Source: an uncultured bacterium
GTDB lineage: Bacteria; Armatimonadota; Abditibacteriia; Abditibacteriales; Abditibacteriaceae
DNA length: 64,000 nt
Direction: 5' to 3'
Assembly (NCBI GenBank): GCA_963843795.1
Contig: CAWJLW010000006.1
Span: 744,001-808,000, forward strand
The position numbers were made by a program, and so were the translations under genes. Every line of letters begins with the position of its first letter. The first letter of the stretch is position 1. A model generated the notes under the pieces. The model was not told where the DNA came from and searched no databases. It was given only the letters and a program-made list of their open reading frames with translations. This document shows, one piece after another, positions 1-9,962 of the stretch.

Positions 1-260
1 GCTTTCACCAAGGAACGCAGCGCATTGGCGACACGACCATCGCGGCCAATCACACGTCCGATATCTTCTTCATGAACGCGCACGCCATAAACCGAGCCGA
101 CATTATCGAAAAATTCTTCGACTTCGACTTCGTCGGGATGGCCAACGATATTCTGCACCAGATAACCGACCAGCTCGATTAAACGCGCGTCTTCTGCGGC
201 GGGCACGTCGTAGGCTGAGACATCGAATTCATCGTCCTGCGTGTTTTGATCGTCACTCAT
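1..260 (-). CDS. khpA: KH-domain RNA-binding protein (KhpA/YlqC family), runs off the left edge
   Basis: Manual translation: MSDDQ...LIELVGYLVQNIVGHPDEVEVEE...VHEEDIGRVIGRDGRVANALRSLVK. It has the KH GxxG loop and lies directly downstream of rpsP. Confidence 0.85.
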   Translation of the reverse strand, partial: MSDDQNTQDDEFDVSAYDVPAAEDARLIELVGYLVQNIVGHPDEVEVEEFFDNVGSVYGVRVHEEDIGRVIGRDGRVANALRSLVK

Positions 261-283
261 AACGTTTTCTCACACGAAAAAAA

Positions 284-616
284 TTAGGCAACAGCTTCGG
301 CAGGCTTGGCTTCTTCGGACGCGACCGGCGCAGTTTCATTCTGAGCGGCTTCGGCAGGAATCACTTTGTTGCTGGAATCGGTGATACCAGCTTTGCGCAG
401 CAAGGACGCCACCGTTTCGCTGGGCGAAGCACCCTGACTGAGCCATTTACGTGCTTTGTCGCCATCAATTTCGCAAACCGAAGGCTGACGTGTCGGCAGA
501 TAATAACCGATGCTGTCGATAAAACGGCCATCGCGCGGGCTATTCTGATCGGCGACCACAATACGATACGCCGGGTTGTTCTTGGCGCCGGTACGGCGCA
601 AACGAATACGAACCAT
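284..616 (-). CDS. rpsP: 30S ribosomal protein S16
   Basis: MVRIRLRRTGAKNNPAYRIVVADQNSPRDGRFID; ATG at 616 preceded by a GGAGAG Shine-Dalgarno (SD) sequence. Confidence 0.97.
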   Translation of the reverse strand: MVRIRLRRTGAKNNPAYRIVVADQNSPRDGRFIDSIGYYLPTRQPSVCEIDGDKARKWLSQGASPSETVASLLRKAGITDSSNKVIPAEAAQNETAPVASEEAKPAEAVA

Positions 617-648
617 AATCTTGTTTTCTCTCCAATAATCCACGCAAA

Positions 649-672
649 CGCCCTGCAAGTACTTGCAGGGCG
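649..672. repeat. 24-bp perfect palindrome centred on GCAAGTACTTGC
   Basis: CGCCCTGCAAGT|ACTTGCAGGGCG between ffh and rpsP. Confidence 0.9.
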
Positions 673-691
673 GAATACGCAACCTTTTATT

Positions 692-2047
692 CTATCTCAT
701 TTTACCTAAAGGGTTAAAGTGCCGGGGCACTTTCATTTTACCATTAGCCATCGCGCTCATCTGGCGCAGCATCTTACGCATATCACGAAACTGGCCTAAA
801 AGACGATTCACATCTTGCACGCTCGTTCCCGAACCTGCGGCGATGCGGCGTTTTCGACTGCCATTAATGATTTCCGGATCGCGGCGTTCTTTAAACGTCA
901 TCGAGCGCACAATCGCTTCGACGCGACCCAGAGCCTTTTCGTCGATATTCAAGGCGCCGCCGCCTTGTTGCGCCATCATTTTGCTGGCTCCGGGAATCAT
1001 GCCGAGCAAATTTTCCAGCGGCCCCATTTTTCGCACTTCTTGCATTTGCTGCAAAAAGTCGTCGAAATCGAAGTTGCCTTCGCGCAACTTCGCTTCCATG
1101 TGCTCGGCCTGCTTCTGTGTGATCGAATGTTCGGCCTTTTCAATCAAGGTCAAAACATCGCCCATTCCCAAAATGCGCCCGGCCATGCGGTCGGGATGGA
1201 ACGGTTCGATAGCGTCCAGCTTTTCACCCAGGCCAACAAACTTCACGGGCACGCCCGTGACCGCGCGCACCGATAGAATTGCGCCGCCGCGCGCATCGCC
1301 ATCCAATTTGGTTAAAACCACGCCGGTCAGCGGCAGGATTTCATTGAAGGCTTGAGCAGCATTGACCGCATCCTGACCAGTCATCGCATCCAAAGCCAGC
1401 AGAGTTTCGTGCGGTTGTGCGACTTCATGCACGCGACGCACTTCTTCCATCATCGCTTCATCGACGTGCAGGCGACCTGCAGTATCGAGAATGACCACAT
1501 CGTGCGCGTGTTCGCGCGCGTATTTAATGCCCGCCTGCGCGATTTGCGCGGGCGGGGCTGTCCCCATTTCAAAGACCGCCGCGCCGATTTGTTTGCCCAC
1601 CGTTTGTAATTGCAAAATCGCGCCGGGACGGTAAATGTCGCAGGCTACCAAGAGTGGTTTTTTGCCATCGCGCTTGAAAATACCAGCGATTTTGGCGGCA
1701 GTTGTGGTTTTTCCCGTGCCCTGCAAGCCAGCCAGCAGAATAATGGTTGGTGCTTGCGATGACCAGTTGAGGCGATGAATTTGTCCGCCCAGAAGTTTGG
1801 TCAGCTCGTCGCGCACGATGGCGATAACTTGCTGATCGGGCGAAAGCGATTCGAGTACGTCGGCACCGATAGCGCGCGCGCGCAAATTGGCGACGAATTC
1901 TTTGACAATTTTAAAGTTAACGTCAGCTTCGAGCAGCGCCAAACGCACTTCGCGCAGGGCAGCGTCTACATCGGCTTCGGTGACGCGCCCTTTGCCGCGC
2001 AACTTTTGAAAGGTTTGCGAAAGTTTTTCTGAAAGACCGGAAAGCAT
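692..2047 (-). CDS. ffh: Signal recognition particle protein Ffh
   Basis: GLQGTGKTTT, DTAGR, TKLDGDARGG and a Met-rich M domain; start reassigned to MLSGLSEKL at 2047. Confidence 0.97.
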   Translation of the reverse strand: MLSGLSEKLSQTFQKLRGKGRVTEADVDAALREVRLALLEADVNFKIVKEFVANLRARAIGADVLESLSPDQQVIAIVRDELTKLLGGQIHRLNWSSQAPTIILLAGLQGTGKTTTAAKIAGIFKRDGKKPLLVACDIYRPGAILQLQTVGKQIGAAVFEMGTAPPAQIAQAGIKYAREHAHDVVILDTAGRLHVDEAMMEEVRRVHEVAQPHETLLALDAMTGQDAVNAAQAFNEILPLTGVVLTKLDGDARGGAILSVRAVTGVPVKFVGLGEKLDAIEPFHPDRMAGRILGMGDVLTLIEKAEHSITQKQAEHMEAKLREGNFDFDDFLQQMQEVRKMGPLENLLGMIPGASKMMAQQGGGALNIDEKALGRVEAIVRSMTFKERRDPEIINGSRKRRIAAGSGTSVQDVNRLLGQFRDMRKMLRQMSAMANGKMKVPRHFNPLGKMR

Positions 2048-2203
2048 AAGCACACAGTGTAGCAAGTACTTGCACTGCAAATAATTCGTTTTTCGGCCCG
2101 TGCAAAAATGTTTCGGAACGCGCAGGGAAAAGTGTGCAAGTACTTGCACAACAATTTGCGCTGTGAAAACTCCAAAATCGTGTAACAATACCAACACTCG
2201 ATT

Positions 2204-4306
2204 ATGAATCCTTCCGCTTCTCCTTCTCCCGCTGCTCCAACCAGGTCACCACAGATTGTCACTGAAGCGTCTGATTACGACCGCCGCGATGGCGGTGTAA
2301 CGCCGCGTGTGGTGATATTTTCGTTAATCATGGCTGTCGTTTTCGGCTACGCGCTGCCGGTCATCGACTTCAAATTGCTGAACACGTTTCTGGGCGCGCA
2401 ACACTTGCCGCCGGGTTCGGTTGGCACGCTGATTTTTCTTTTAGTCGTTGCTAATCCTTTACTGGGTGTGCTCAGTCGCAAATTTCGCCTCAGCCGCAAC
2501 GAAGCCCTCACGGTCTATATCACGACCTTATTTTCTTCACTATTGACCGGACACGGCGCGGAAACGCAACTGGTGACGAACCTGATCGCGCCCTTTTATT
2601 TCGCCTCGAAAGAAAATGCATGGCTGGGGAAATTAGAGCCATATCTCGCGCCGTGGATGACGCCCGCGCTGTGGAAAGATGGCGGCAAATATGGCGAAGT
2701 CGGGCGCGCAACGGTTGAAGGTTGGTATGTCGGAACCGGAGCGGCGCCGATTCCGTGGGGCGCGTGGCTGGTGCCGCTGGGCCTGTGGATGATTTTCACG
2801 CTGGTGAGCTACTTTATGCTCGCTTCTTTGAGCGTAATTTTGCGCGCGCAATGGGCCGAACGCGAAGCGCTGGCGTTTCCGCTTTTGCGCTTGCCCTTGG
2901 AAATGACGCGCGATTTAGACGAAAGCCACGTTTCCTCTTTTGGCAATAAACGCGAAGAATCGTTCTGGCACAACAAATTGTTGTGGATCGGTGTAGCAAT
3001 TCCGTTCACCATTCAAACGCTCAACGGCTTGAACTTTTATTTTCCCGACGTGCCGCGTGTGCCGCTGGATATTAACACCGGCCTGTTGTTCACCGAAGCG
3101 CCCTGGAACCAATTGGGGTGGGTGCCGATGGTGTTGTTTCCAATGGTCATCGGCGTCACTTACCTCTTGTCCAGCGAAGTCAGCTTTTCCCTCTGGTTTT
3201 TCTATCTTTTGATGAAGGCGCAGTATATTGGCGCTTCACTGCTGGGTTATCCCTCGGGAATGCTGCCACAAAATGGCGCGCTTTATCCCGAAAAACTGAT
3301 TACCGGTTATCAAACTTGGGGCGCGTTCGTGATGTATACGCTGCTGATTACTTGGACTGGCCGCGAGCACTATACCTACGTTTTCAAGCGCGCGATTGGC
3401 CGCCTTAAAGCGCGCGAAGAAGAAAAAAACGAAATGTTGTCGTATCCGGTCGCGTTCTGGGGCTTCGTTTTGTCGTGGCTAATTATGTATGGCTTCACCA
3501 TCGCGGGCGGCGTGCGTTGGGATGTGGCCTTAGCGCTGTGGGTGACCTACATCATCGGTTGTATTGCTCTCACGCGTGTGGCCGTTGAAGGCGGCTTATT
3601 ATCTTTGCAACATCAAACCGCGCCTTTGGGAATGATCGCGCGCTTATTGGATAGCGGGCCAAGTCGCTGGCTCACGGCAGACGCTGGCATCGCACCAGCA
3701 GCAATTTTTCAGACCGGATTTGTCGTCCACACGCGCTCGTTTCTCTTGCCTTCTTTTCTCCACGGCCTGAAGCTGGCGCACGACCGCAAAATTGCGATTA
3801 AGCCGCTGGGCTGGCTCATTGCGAGCGTGATTTTGGTATCGTTTGTCGTCAGTTGGACAACGTGTGTGCGGCTGGGCTATCAAAATGGCGGTTTGCAATT
3901 GAACAGTTCGTATTGGAAGCACGGCAATGGCGATTGGGCGATGAATTTCGTTAATATCGTCGAGAATCCCGGCCAAAATTCCGCGTGGGTGAACTGGTTG
4001 TGCGTGGCGATTGGTATGACTCTGACGTGGGGCATTGTCTGGATGCGCGGACATTATGCGTGGTTTCCGCTGCATCCGATTGGTTATCTGATGTGGGGCA
4101 ATTATCCTTCGGCAATTTTTTGCAGTTCGATTTTTACAGGTTGGTTGTGCAAAGTCACCATCACGCGCTACGGAGGCCCCGACGCATATCGCAAAATCAC
4201 ACCGTTATTTCTTGGATTAATTCTGGGCGACGTGGTGATGATGCTCTTCTGGCTCGGCATTGACGGCTGGCAAGGCCGCACCCTGCACCAATTGTTGCCG
4301 GGTTGA
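2204..4306 (+). CDS. Multi-pass membrane protein (DUF6785-like), possible transporter
   Basis: 700-aa ORF with many hydrophobic segments; motifs QWAEREALAFPL, WFPLHPIGY and FLGLILGD. Family assignment is from recall. Confidence 0.6.
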   Translation: MNPSASPSPAAPTRSPQIVTEASDYDRRDGGVTPRVVIFSLIMAVVFGYALPVIDFKLLNTFLGAQHLPPGSVGTLIFLLVVANPLLGVLSRKFRLSRNEALTVYITTLFSSLLTGHGAETQLVTNLIAPFYFASKENAWLGKLEPYLAPWMTPALWKDGGKYGEVGRATVEGWYVGTGAAPIPWGAWLVPLGLWMIFTLVSYFMLASLSVILRAQWAEREALAFPLLRLPLEMTRDLDESHVSSFGNKREESFWHNKLLWIGVAIPFTIQTLNGLNFYFPDVPRVPLDINTGLLFTEAPWNQLGWVPMVLFPMVIGVTYLLSSEVSFSLWFFYLLMKAQYIGASLLGYPSGMLPQNGALYPEKLITGYQTWGAFVMYTLLITWTGREHYTYVFKRAIGRLKAREEEKNEMLSYPVAFWGFVLSWLIMYGFTIAGGVRWDVALALWVTYIIGCIALTRVAVEGGLLSLQHQTAPLGMIARLLDSGPSRWLTADAGIAPAAIFQTGFVVHTRSFLLPSFLHGLKLAHDRKIAIKPLGWLIASVILVSFVVSWTTCVRLGYQNGGLQLNSSYWKHGNGDWAMNFVNIVENPGQNSAWVNWLCVAIGMTLTWGIVWMRGHYAWFPLHPIGYLMWGNYPSAIFCSSIFTGWLCKVTITRYGGPDAYRKITPLFLGLILGDVVMMLFWLGIDGWQGRTLHQLLPG

Positions 4307-4331
4307 TGCAAGTACTTGCAGGGCGAAATCA

Positions 4332-4541
4332 TTGGGTGCGGGCCTTGTGCCCGCCCTTTTCCAATTCCACAAACGTCAATCGAATGACCCAATCGTAGGG
4401 CGCGGGTCTCTGACCCGCCCTTGTATTGCGCTTGTATTCGTTCATTCGATGAACGCGATCGGTGCGCGACAAGGGCGGGTCAGAGACCCGCGCCCTACGA
4501 TGGTTTGTCCGAATGAACGCGGGCACGAGGTCCGCGCCCAA
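4332..4541. repeat. Nested REP doublets (REPIN-like)
   Basis: Inner inverted pair GTAGGGCGCGGGTCTCTGACCCGCCC at 4395-4420 and 4473-4498; outer diverged inverted pair at 4332-4354 and 4519-4541. Confidence 0.9.
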
Positions 4542-4574
4542 CAATTGGGTTCGATTAGGTTTTATAATTGAACC

Positions 4575-7500
4575 ATGCCAATTTCCATCGAAGCCAACCA
4601 TCCGGCGCTCCATGAATATTACGCGCATCTTGCCGATTATGCGCGCTTAAATATCACGACCGAACAATCGACGCGCGTGGCGTTTCAAACTTTGCTGCTT
4701 TCGTTTTCTAAATCTGCCGAGTGGACTTTGGAAGCCGAAGGGCGTTTGAGTTCGGGCAAGCGGCCCGATGCCACGCTCAAAGATAAATGGGGTTTGCCGC
4801 GCGGTTGGTGGGAAGCCAAAGACGTTCACGATAATCTCGATAAAGAAATTGCCCACAAAAAGCAGATCAAATATCCGCTGCGCAACACGATTTTTGAAAA
4901 CACCCAACAAGCGGTGCTTTATCAAAACGAGCGCGAAGCGGCGCGTTATGATCTGACCAAACCGCAGCAAGTCGCCGATTTGCTGGCGCGCTTTTTCAAT
5001 CACACCGACGAAGAAATTGAAGAATATCATGTCGCGGTCGATGAATTTGAAGCGCGCATTCCGACTTTGGCGAACGCGCTCAAAGCCATCATCGAAAGCG
5101 CGCACGGCGAAAACCTCAAGTTTCGCAACGCGTTTCTCAGCTTTCACGAAATGTGTCGCGGTTCGTTGAATAAAAACATTTCGCAGGGCGCGATTGAAGA
5201 AATGTTGGTGCAGCATCTTCTCACCGAGCGCTTGTTTCGCACGGTTTTTGAAAACCCCGAATTTCTCCATCGCAACATCATCGCGCGCGAAATCGAAAGC
5301 GTGATTAACGCGCTCACCAGTTCGTCGTTTAGTCGCCGCAGTTTTCTGGCGCAGCTCGATTCGTTTTATAAACCCATCGAAAAATATGGCGCGCGATATT
5401 TCCGATTGGAGCGAAAAACAAAGTTTTCTCAACGCGTTATACGAGCGCTTTTTTCAAGGTTACAGCGTGGAAACCGCCGACACGATGGGCATCGTTTACA
5501 CGCCGCAGCCGATTGTCGATTGGATGTGCGAAAGCGTGCAGCAAGTACTTGCAGACGAATTTGGCACCAGCTTATCGACGCGCGATGTGAAAATTCTCGA
5601 TCCGTGCACCGGAACCGGAAACTTCATCGTGAATTTGCTGCGTCGCATTGATGGCAGCGCGCTTGAAATACAAATACGAGCACGATTTGTTCGCCAACGA
5701 AATTATGCTGCTGCCGTATTACATCGCCAGCATGAACATCGAACACGAATTCTGGGAACAAGCGCAGCAATACGCGGGCTTTGATGGTTTGTGTTTCGCC
5801 GATACGCTCGATTTGCAGGAAACCAACCTGTTTTCCGAAGCCAATACCGACCGCATCGCGCGCGAAAAAGGCGCGAAACTCACGGTGATTATCGGCAATC
5901 CGCCGTATAACGTCGGGCAGAAAAACGAAAACGATAACAACAAAAATCGACCTTACGAACAATTGGACAAAAGCATTCGCGCGACGTATGCCAAAGCCTC
6001 GAAAGCGACCAATAAAAACGCGCTCAGCGATGCTTATGTGCGATTTTTCAAATGGGCGAGCGAGCGTTTGGCGCGCAACGAAAACGGCGTGATTTGTTTT
6101 GTCACCAATAATTCGTTTATCGACCAGATTGCGTTCGATGGTATGCGCAAGTACTTGCAGAGCGATTTCGACCTGATTTATCATCTCGATTTACACGGAA
6201 ACGTGCGCAAAAACCCGAAATTATCGGGCACGACGCACAATGTTTTCGGCATTCAAGTCGGCGTCGGCATTACGATTTTAGTGCGCAATCCGCAGCGTAG
6301 CGAAAAAGCCATCAAGTATTTTCGCGTGCCCGAAGATTGGAAGCGCGTGGAAAAAGAAGCGTTTCTCGAAAAAAGCCAAAACGTGAACGGAATCGAATGG
6401 CAAACGCTGACGCCCAACGCGAAAAATGCGTGGCTCACCGAAGGTTTGCAAGACGATTTTGATTCGTTTCTGCCAATCGGAACGAAAGACGCCAAAGCCT
6501 CGAAAGCTGCTTTCACTAAAGATGTCAAAGCAATTTTCAAAAGTTACAGTAACGGCGTCAAAACGAACCGCGATGAATGGGTTTATGCCTTCAATCGCCA
6601 GACTTTAGAAAGTGATGTGCAACGCTTGATTGCCAATTATAATGCGGAAGTTACGCGTTGGTTGGCGCGCGACAAGTCGCAAGTACTTGCAGTAGATGAT
6701 TTCGTTGACAATGACGAAACGAAGATTAAATGGAGTCGAAACTCTCAAACAAAATTTGCTGCGTGCGAAACGCGTAGTTTTTGCCGCAAACAAAATTAGA
6801 GAGTCTCTTTATCGTCCATTCTCTAAACGGAATCTTATACTACGACCGAATTTTGAATGAGCGCGTTTATCAGATGCCCGTGGTTTTTGCACTGGCAAAA
6901 AATGAATGTAGAAAATCAAGTAATTTGCCTTAGTGGAGTTGGTAGCAATAAACCTTTTCACTGTTTGATGACAAATCAGATTCCTTGTCTTGATTTGTTA
7001 GAAAAAACACAATGTTTCTCGTTCTACGCTTACGACAGAGGATGGGACTTACTGCAAGGACAATATCACCGATTGGGCGCTGCAACAATTCCGCAATTTT
7101 TATATATCAAATACCCCCACGCATGTGTCAATAAATAAGCGAGACATTTTTCATTACGTTTACGCGCTGTTGCATCATCCGAGCTATCGCGCGAAATACG
7201 CCGAAAATCTCAAACGCGAATTGCCGCGTTTGCCCTTGCTGGGCGACGCCGACAGTTTTTCGACGCTGGCTTCGCTGGGCGCGCAACTGTCGCAACTGCA
7301 TTTGAATTACGAAAGCGCGCCCGAATATGCGCTGCGCTGGGTGGAAAGCAAACCGTTTTCGTGGCGCGTGGAAAAGATGAAATTCACGCCCGACAAAAGC
7401 GCGCTCATCGTCAATTCGTCGCTCACGCTGGCCGATATTCCGCCCGCCGCGTTCGATTATCGTCTGGGCAATCGCAGCGCTCTGGAATGGATTGTCGATC

Positions 7501-7655
7501 AATACCAAATCAAAACCGATAAACGCAGCGGCCTCACGTCCGACCCCAACCGCGCCGATGACGAAGAATACATCGCGCGCCTCATCGGTCGCATCGTCAC
7601 CGTGAGCGTGGAAACCGTGCGCTTAGTGAATGAATTGGAAGCAGTGAAATTGTAG
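4575..7655 (+). CDS. Fused restriction-modification enzyme (N-terminal PD-(D/E)xK-like nuclease, N6-adenine methyltransferase, Type ISP-like C-terminus); frameshifted in this sequence
   Basis: Consecutive ORF pieces: RPDATL..WEAK; GIVYTPQPIVDWM and LDPCTGTGNF (motif I); IIGNPPYN (motif IV); GVKTNRDEWVY; DIFHYVYALLHHPSYRAKYAENLKRELPRLP; YRLGNRSALEWIVDQY. Frame breaks near 5385, 5663 and several within 6740-7125. Confidence 0.85.
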
Positions 7656-7822
7656 GGCGCGGGTCTCTGACCCGCCCTGTTCCAATCCCACAAACGTCCA
7701 TCGAATAACGCAAACCATCGTAGGGCGCGGGTCTCCGACCCGCCCATGTTGTGCACCACAAACGTTCATGCGATAAATGTTTGTGGGATTGGAACAGGGC
7801 GGGTCAGAGACCCGCGCCCTAC
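7652..7822. repeat. REP cluster upstream of the RAYT gene (3 copies)
   Basis: REPs at 7652-7677 (+), 7720-7745 (+) and 7797-7822 (-); 7652-7695 and 7779-7822 form a perfect 44-bp inverted repeat. Confidence 0.92.
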
Positions 7823-7847
7823 GATGGTTCGCTGCGATATTTTGGAA

Positions 7848-8357
7848 ATGATTATGGTTTACAATCCCGATATTCATCATCGTCGTTCGATTCGCTTCAA
7901 GGGTTAAGATTATTCAAATGCGGGCGCATATTTCGTGACGATTTGTGTTTATCATCGCGAAATGTTGTTGGGCGAAATCGAAGATGGCGAAATGATTATC
8001 AGCGAAATTGGCGCGATGGTACAGGAAAATTGGGATTTTCTGCCGCAGATTCATCCGCATTTCGCATTAGATGCTTTTGTCGTAATGCCGAATCACGTTC
8101 ACGGAATTGTATTGCTCCACGAACAGGGCAAATCATTATCGGAAATTTTGCGCGGTTTCAAAACTTATACAGCGCGGCAAGCCAATATTCTGCGCGATGC
8201 CATCGGTAATCCATTCTGGCAGCGCAATTATTTCGAGCGCATCATTCGCGACGAACGCGAATTGCTCAACGCGCGCCGATACATCCTTGAAAATCCGCAA
8301 CGCTGGCCCGACGACCGCAATCATCCCGACAATATAATTTCTCCGAAAACATTGTAG
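7848..8357 (+). mobile_element. REP-associated tyrosine transposase (RAYT/TnpA-REP, Y1 HUH family) with an in-frame TAA at 7905-7907
   Basis: YNPDIHHRRSIRFKG*DYSNAGAYFVTIC...FVVMPNHVHGIV...FWQRNYFERIIRDE...YILENP; flanked by REPs on both sides. Confidence 0.9.
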
Positions 8358-8460
8358 GGCGCAGGTCTCCGACCTGCCCTTGTTAATTACAAATCACGTT
8401 CATCAATGAACGTTTGTGGTGCACAACATGGGCGGGTCGGAGACCCGCGCCCTACGATGG
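8354..8460. repeat. REP doublet downstream of the RAYT gene
   Basis: REPs at 8354-8379 (+, with a compensatory stem change GCAGG/CCTGC) and 8430-8455 (-). Confidence 0.92.
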
Positions 8461-8504
8461 GTTTTGTCAAACTATTCGCTGCAAGTACTTGCAGGAGGCG
8501 CACG

Positions 8505-9116
8505 ATGGCATCAGTGGCTTATCAACCCGAAAGCGAACCGTTGATTTCGCCGCAGCAAGCGGCGGAAATGGAAGCGCGCGACGGTATGAAATATGAATGG
8601 GTGGACGGCTACGCTTACGCGATGGCCGGAGCCAGTCCGACACACAACACGATTTCAACCAATTTAGTTCGTCGATTGGCAAACCATTTGGATAGCAAGC
8701 CGTGTCAGGTGTGGAGCAGTGACATGAAAGTGCGTGAGCAGCAAAGCGAATTGCGCGCTTATCCCGATGTCGTCGTGGCGTGTCCACCGTATGAATGGGA
8801 TGAAACCGAAAAGCCGGTGGCGCTGTTGAACCCGTTGATTGTGATTGAAATTTTGTCTCCGTCCACGCAAAGTTACGATCACAGCTTGAAATGGGACAAA
8901 TATCGGCACATTCCCGCGCTGCAAGAATTTATCTTGGTGGAAAGCGAGAAGATTGGCGTGCAGCATTATCGTCGTCAATTCCCCGAACATCCCGAACGCA
9001 ACAACTGGTATTTGCACATCGCCGAAACGCGCGCAGAAATTCTGTCAATCAATGCCATTGATTATGAACTCTCGTTACAAGAAATTTACGAGCGCGTGGC
9101 GTTTGGCGGCGAATAA
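8505..9116 (+). CDS. Uma2 family (PD-(D/E)xK) endonuclease-like protein
   Basis: KYEWVDGYAYAMAGASPTHNTI, YPDVVV, IEILSPSTQSYD, KWDKYRHIPALQEFILV; GGAGG SD before the ATG at 8505. Confidence 0.9.
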   Translation: MASVAYQPESEPLISPQQAAEMEARDGMKYEWVDGYAYAMAGASPTHNTISTNLVRRLANHLDSKPCQVWSSDMKVREQQSELRAYPDVVVACPPYEWDETEKPVALLNPLIVIEILSPSTQSYDHSLKWDKYRHIPALQEFILVESEKIGVQHYRRQFPEHPERNNWYLHIAETRAEILSINAIDYELSLQEIYERVAFGGE

Positions 9117-9122
9117 ATCTTT

Positions 9123-9225
9123 GTAGGGCGCGGGTCTCTGACCCGCCCTTGTTGCGCCCCGCAAACGTTCATTCAAAGTACATTTGTGGAATTGAAAGAG
9201 GGCGGGTCGGAGACCCGCACCCTAC
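9123..9225. repeat. REP doublet
   Basis: REPs at 9123-9148 (+) and 9200-9225 (-). Confidence 0.9.
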
Positions 9226-9236
9226 AAAAGAACCTC

Positions 9237-9959
9237 ATGAATTCAAGAAATCCAAATCGCGTGGTGATGAAACCAAGCTGGCAGCATTTGCTGTTTTTGC
9301 ACTGGGAAGCCGACGCTGATGCGTTGCGCGCGCTGTTGCCGCCGGGTTTGGAGCTCGATTTATACGATGGCCGTGCGTATATCGGTTTCATTCCGTTTAC
9401 GATGCGCGAAGTGCGGCCCACTTCCTTGTTGCGTTTAGTTCCAGGACATCACAAAATTGCCAATTTTCACGAAGCCAATGTGCGCACTTATGTGCGTTGT
9501 GGTGATGAGATTGGCGTGTGGTTTTTCAGTCTCGATGCCGCCAGTGCGCACGCAGTTCTGGCGGCGCGTTTATGGTTTCATTTGCCCTATTTCTGGGCGC
9601 GCATGAGCTTGCATCGTCGCCAGCAAACATTCACTTATCGCTCACGCCGCCTTTGTCCGCGCCCTTTGCCTGCACAATGTGAGGTGCGTTATACGCTGCG
9701 AGGCGCAGCCGCGCCCGCTACAGTTGGCTCTTTAGAACATTTCTTAGTCGAGCGTTACAATCTTTACAGTTTCAAGCGCAGCCAATTGTTCAGCGGTCGT
9801 GTGCAGCACGAACCATATCAAATCCAAGATGTGCAATTGCATCATCTGGAAGAGAATTGCATTGCGTCAGCGGGCATCAATCGTCCCGACACGCCGCCGC
9901 ATGCGTGCTATGCGCAGCGGGTGGATGTGACGATTTATCCGTTGCAGCGCGTGGCATAG
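9237..9959 (+). CDS. YqjF/DUF2071 family protein
   Basis: WQHLLFLHW, FHEANVRTYV, GVWFFSLDA, LEHFLVERY. Confidence 0.85.
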   Translation: MNSRNPNRVVMKPSWQHLLFLHWEADADALRALLPPGLELDLYDGRAYIGFIPFTMREVRPTSLLRLVPGHHKIANFHEANVRTYVRCGDEIGVWFFSLDAASAHAVLAARLWFHLPYFWARMSLHRRQQTFTYRSRRLCPRPLPAQCEVRYTLRGAAAPATVGSLEHFLVERYNLYSFKRSQLFSGRVQHEPYQIQDVQLHHLEENCIASAGINRPDTPPHACYAQRVDVTIYPLQRVA

Positions 9960-9962
9960 TTA

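Noticed and set aside
663..1355. Long antisense or alternative-frame ORFs (for example 663-1355, 4647-5432, 51840-52703)
   Set aside because: They are shadows of real genes in GC-rich coding DNA and have no motifs of their own.
617..2197. N-terminal extensions in the ORF track (rpsP, ffh, and likewise ftsY, waaA, oppD and others) containing CKYLQ/QVLA/ASTC
   Set aside because: These are read-throughs of intergenic palindrome copies from upstream TTG/GTG codons; the conserved starts lie downstream.
4332..9225. REP repeats as a CRISPR array or integron attC sites
   Set aside because: Copies alternate in orientation, spacing is irregular and spacers resemble each other. There is no cas gene or integrase, and the GTAG foot plus RAYT identify them as REPs.
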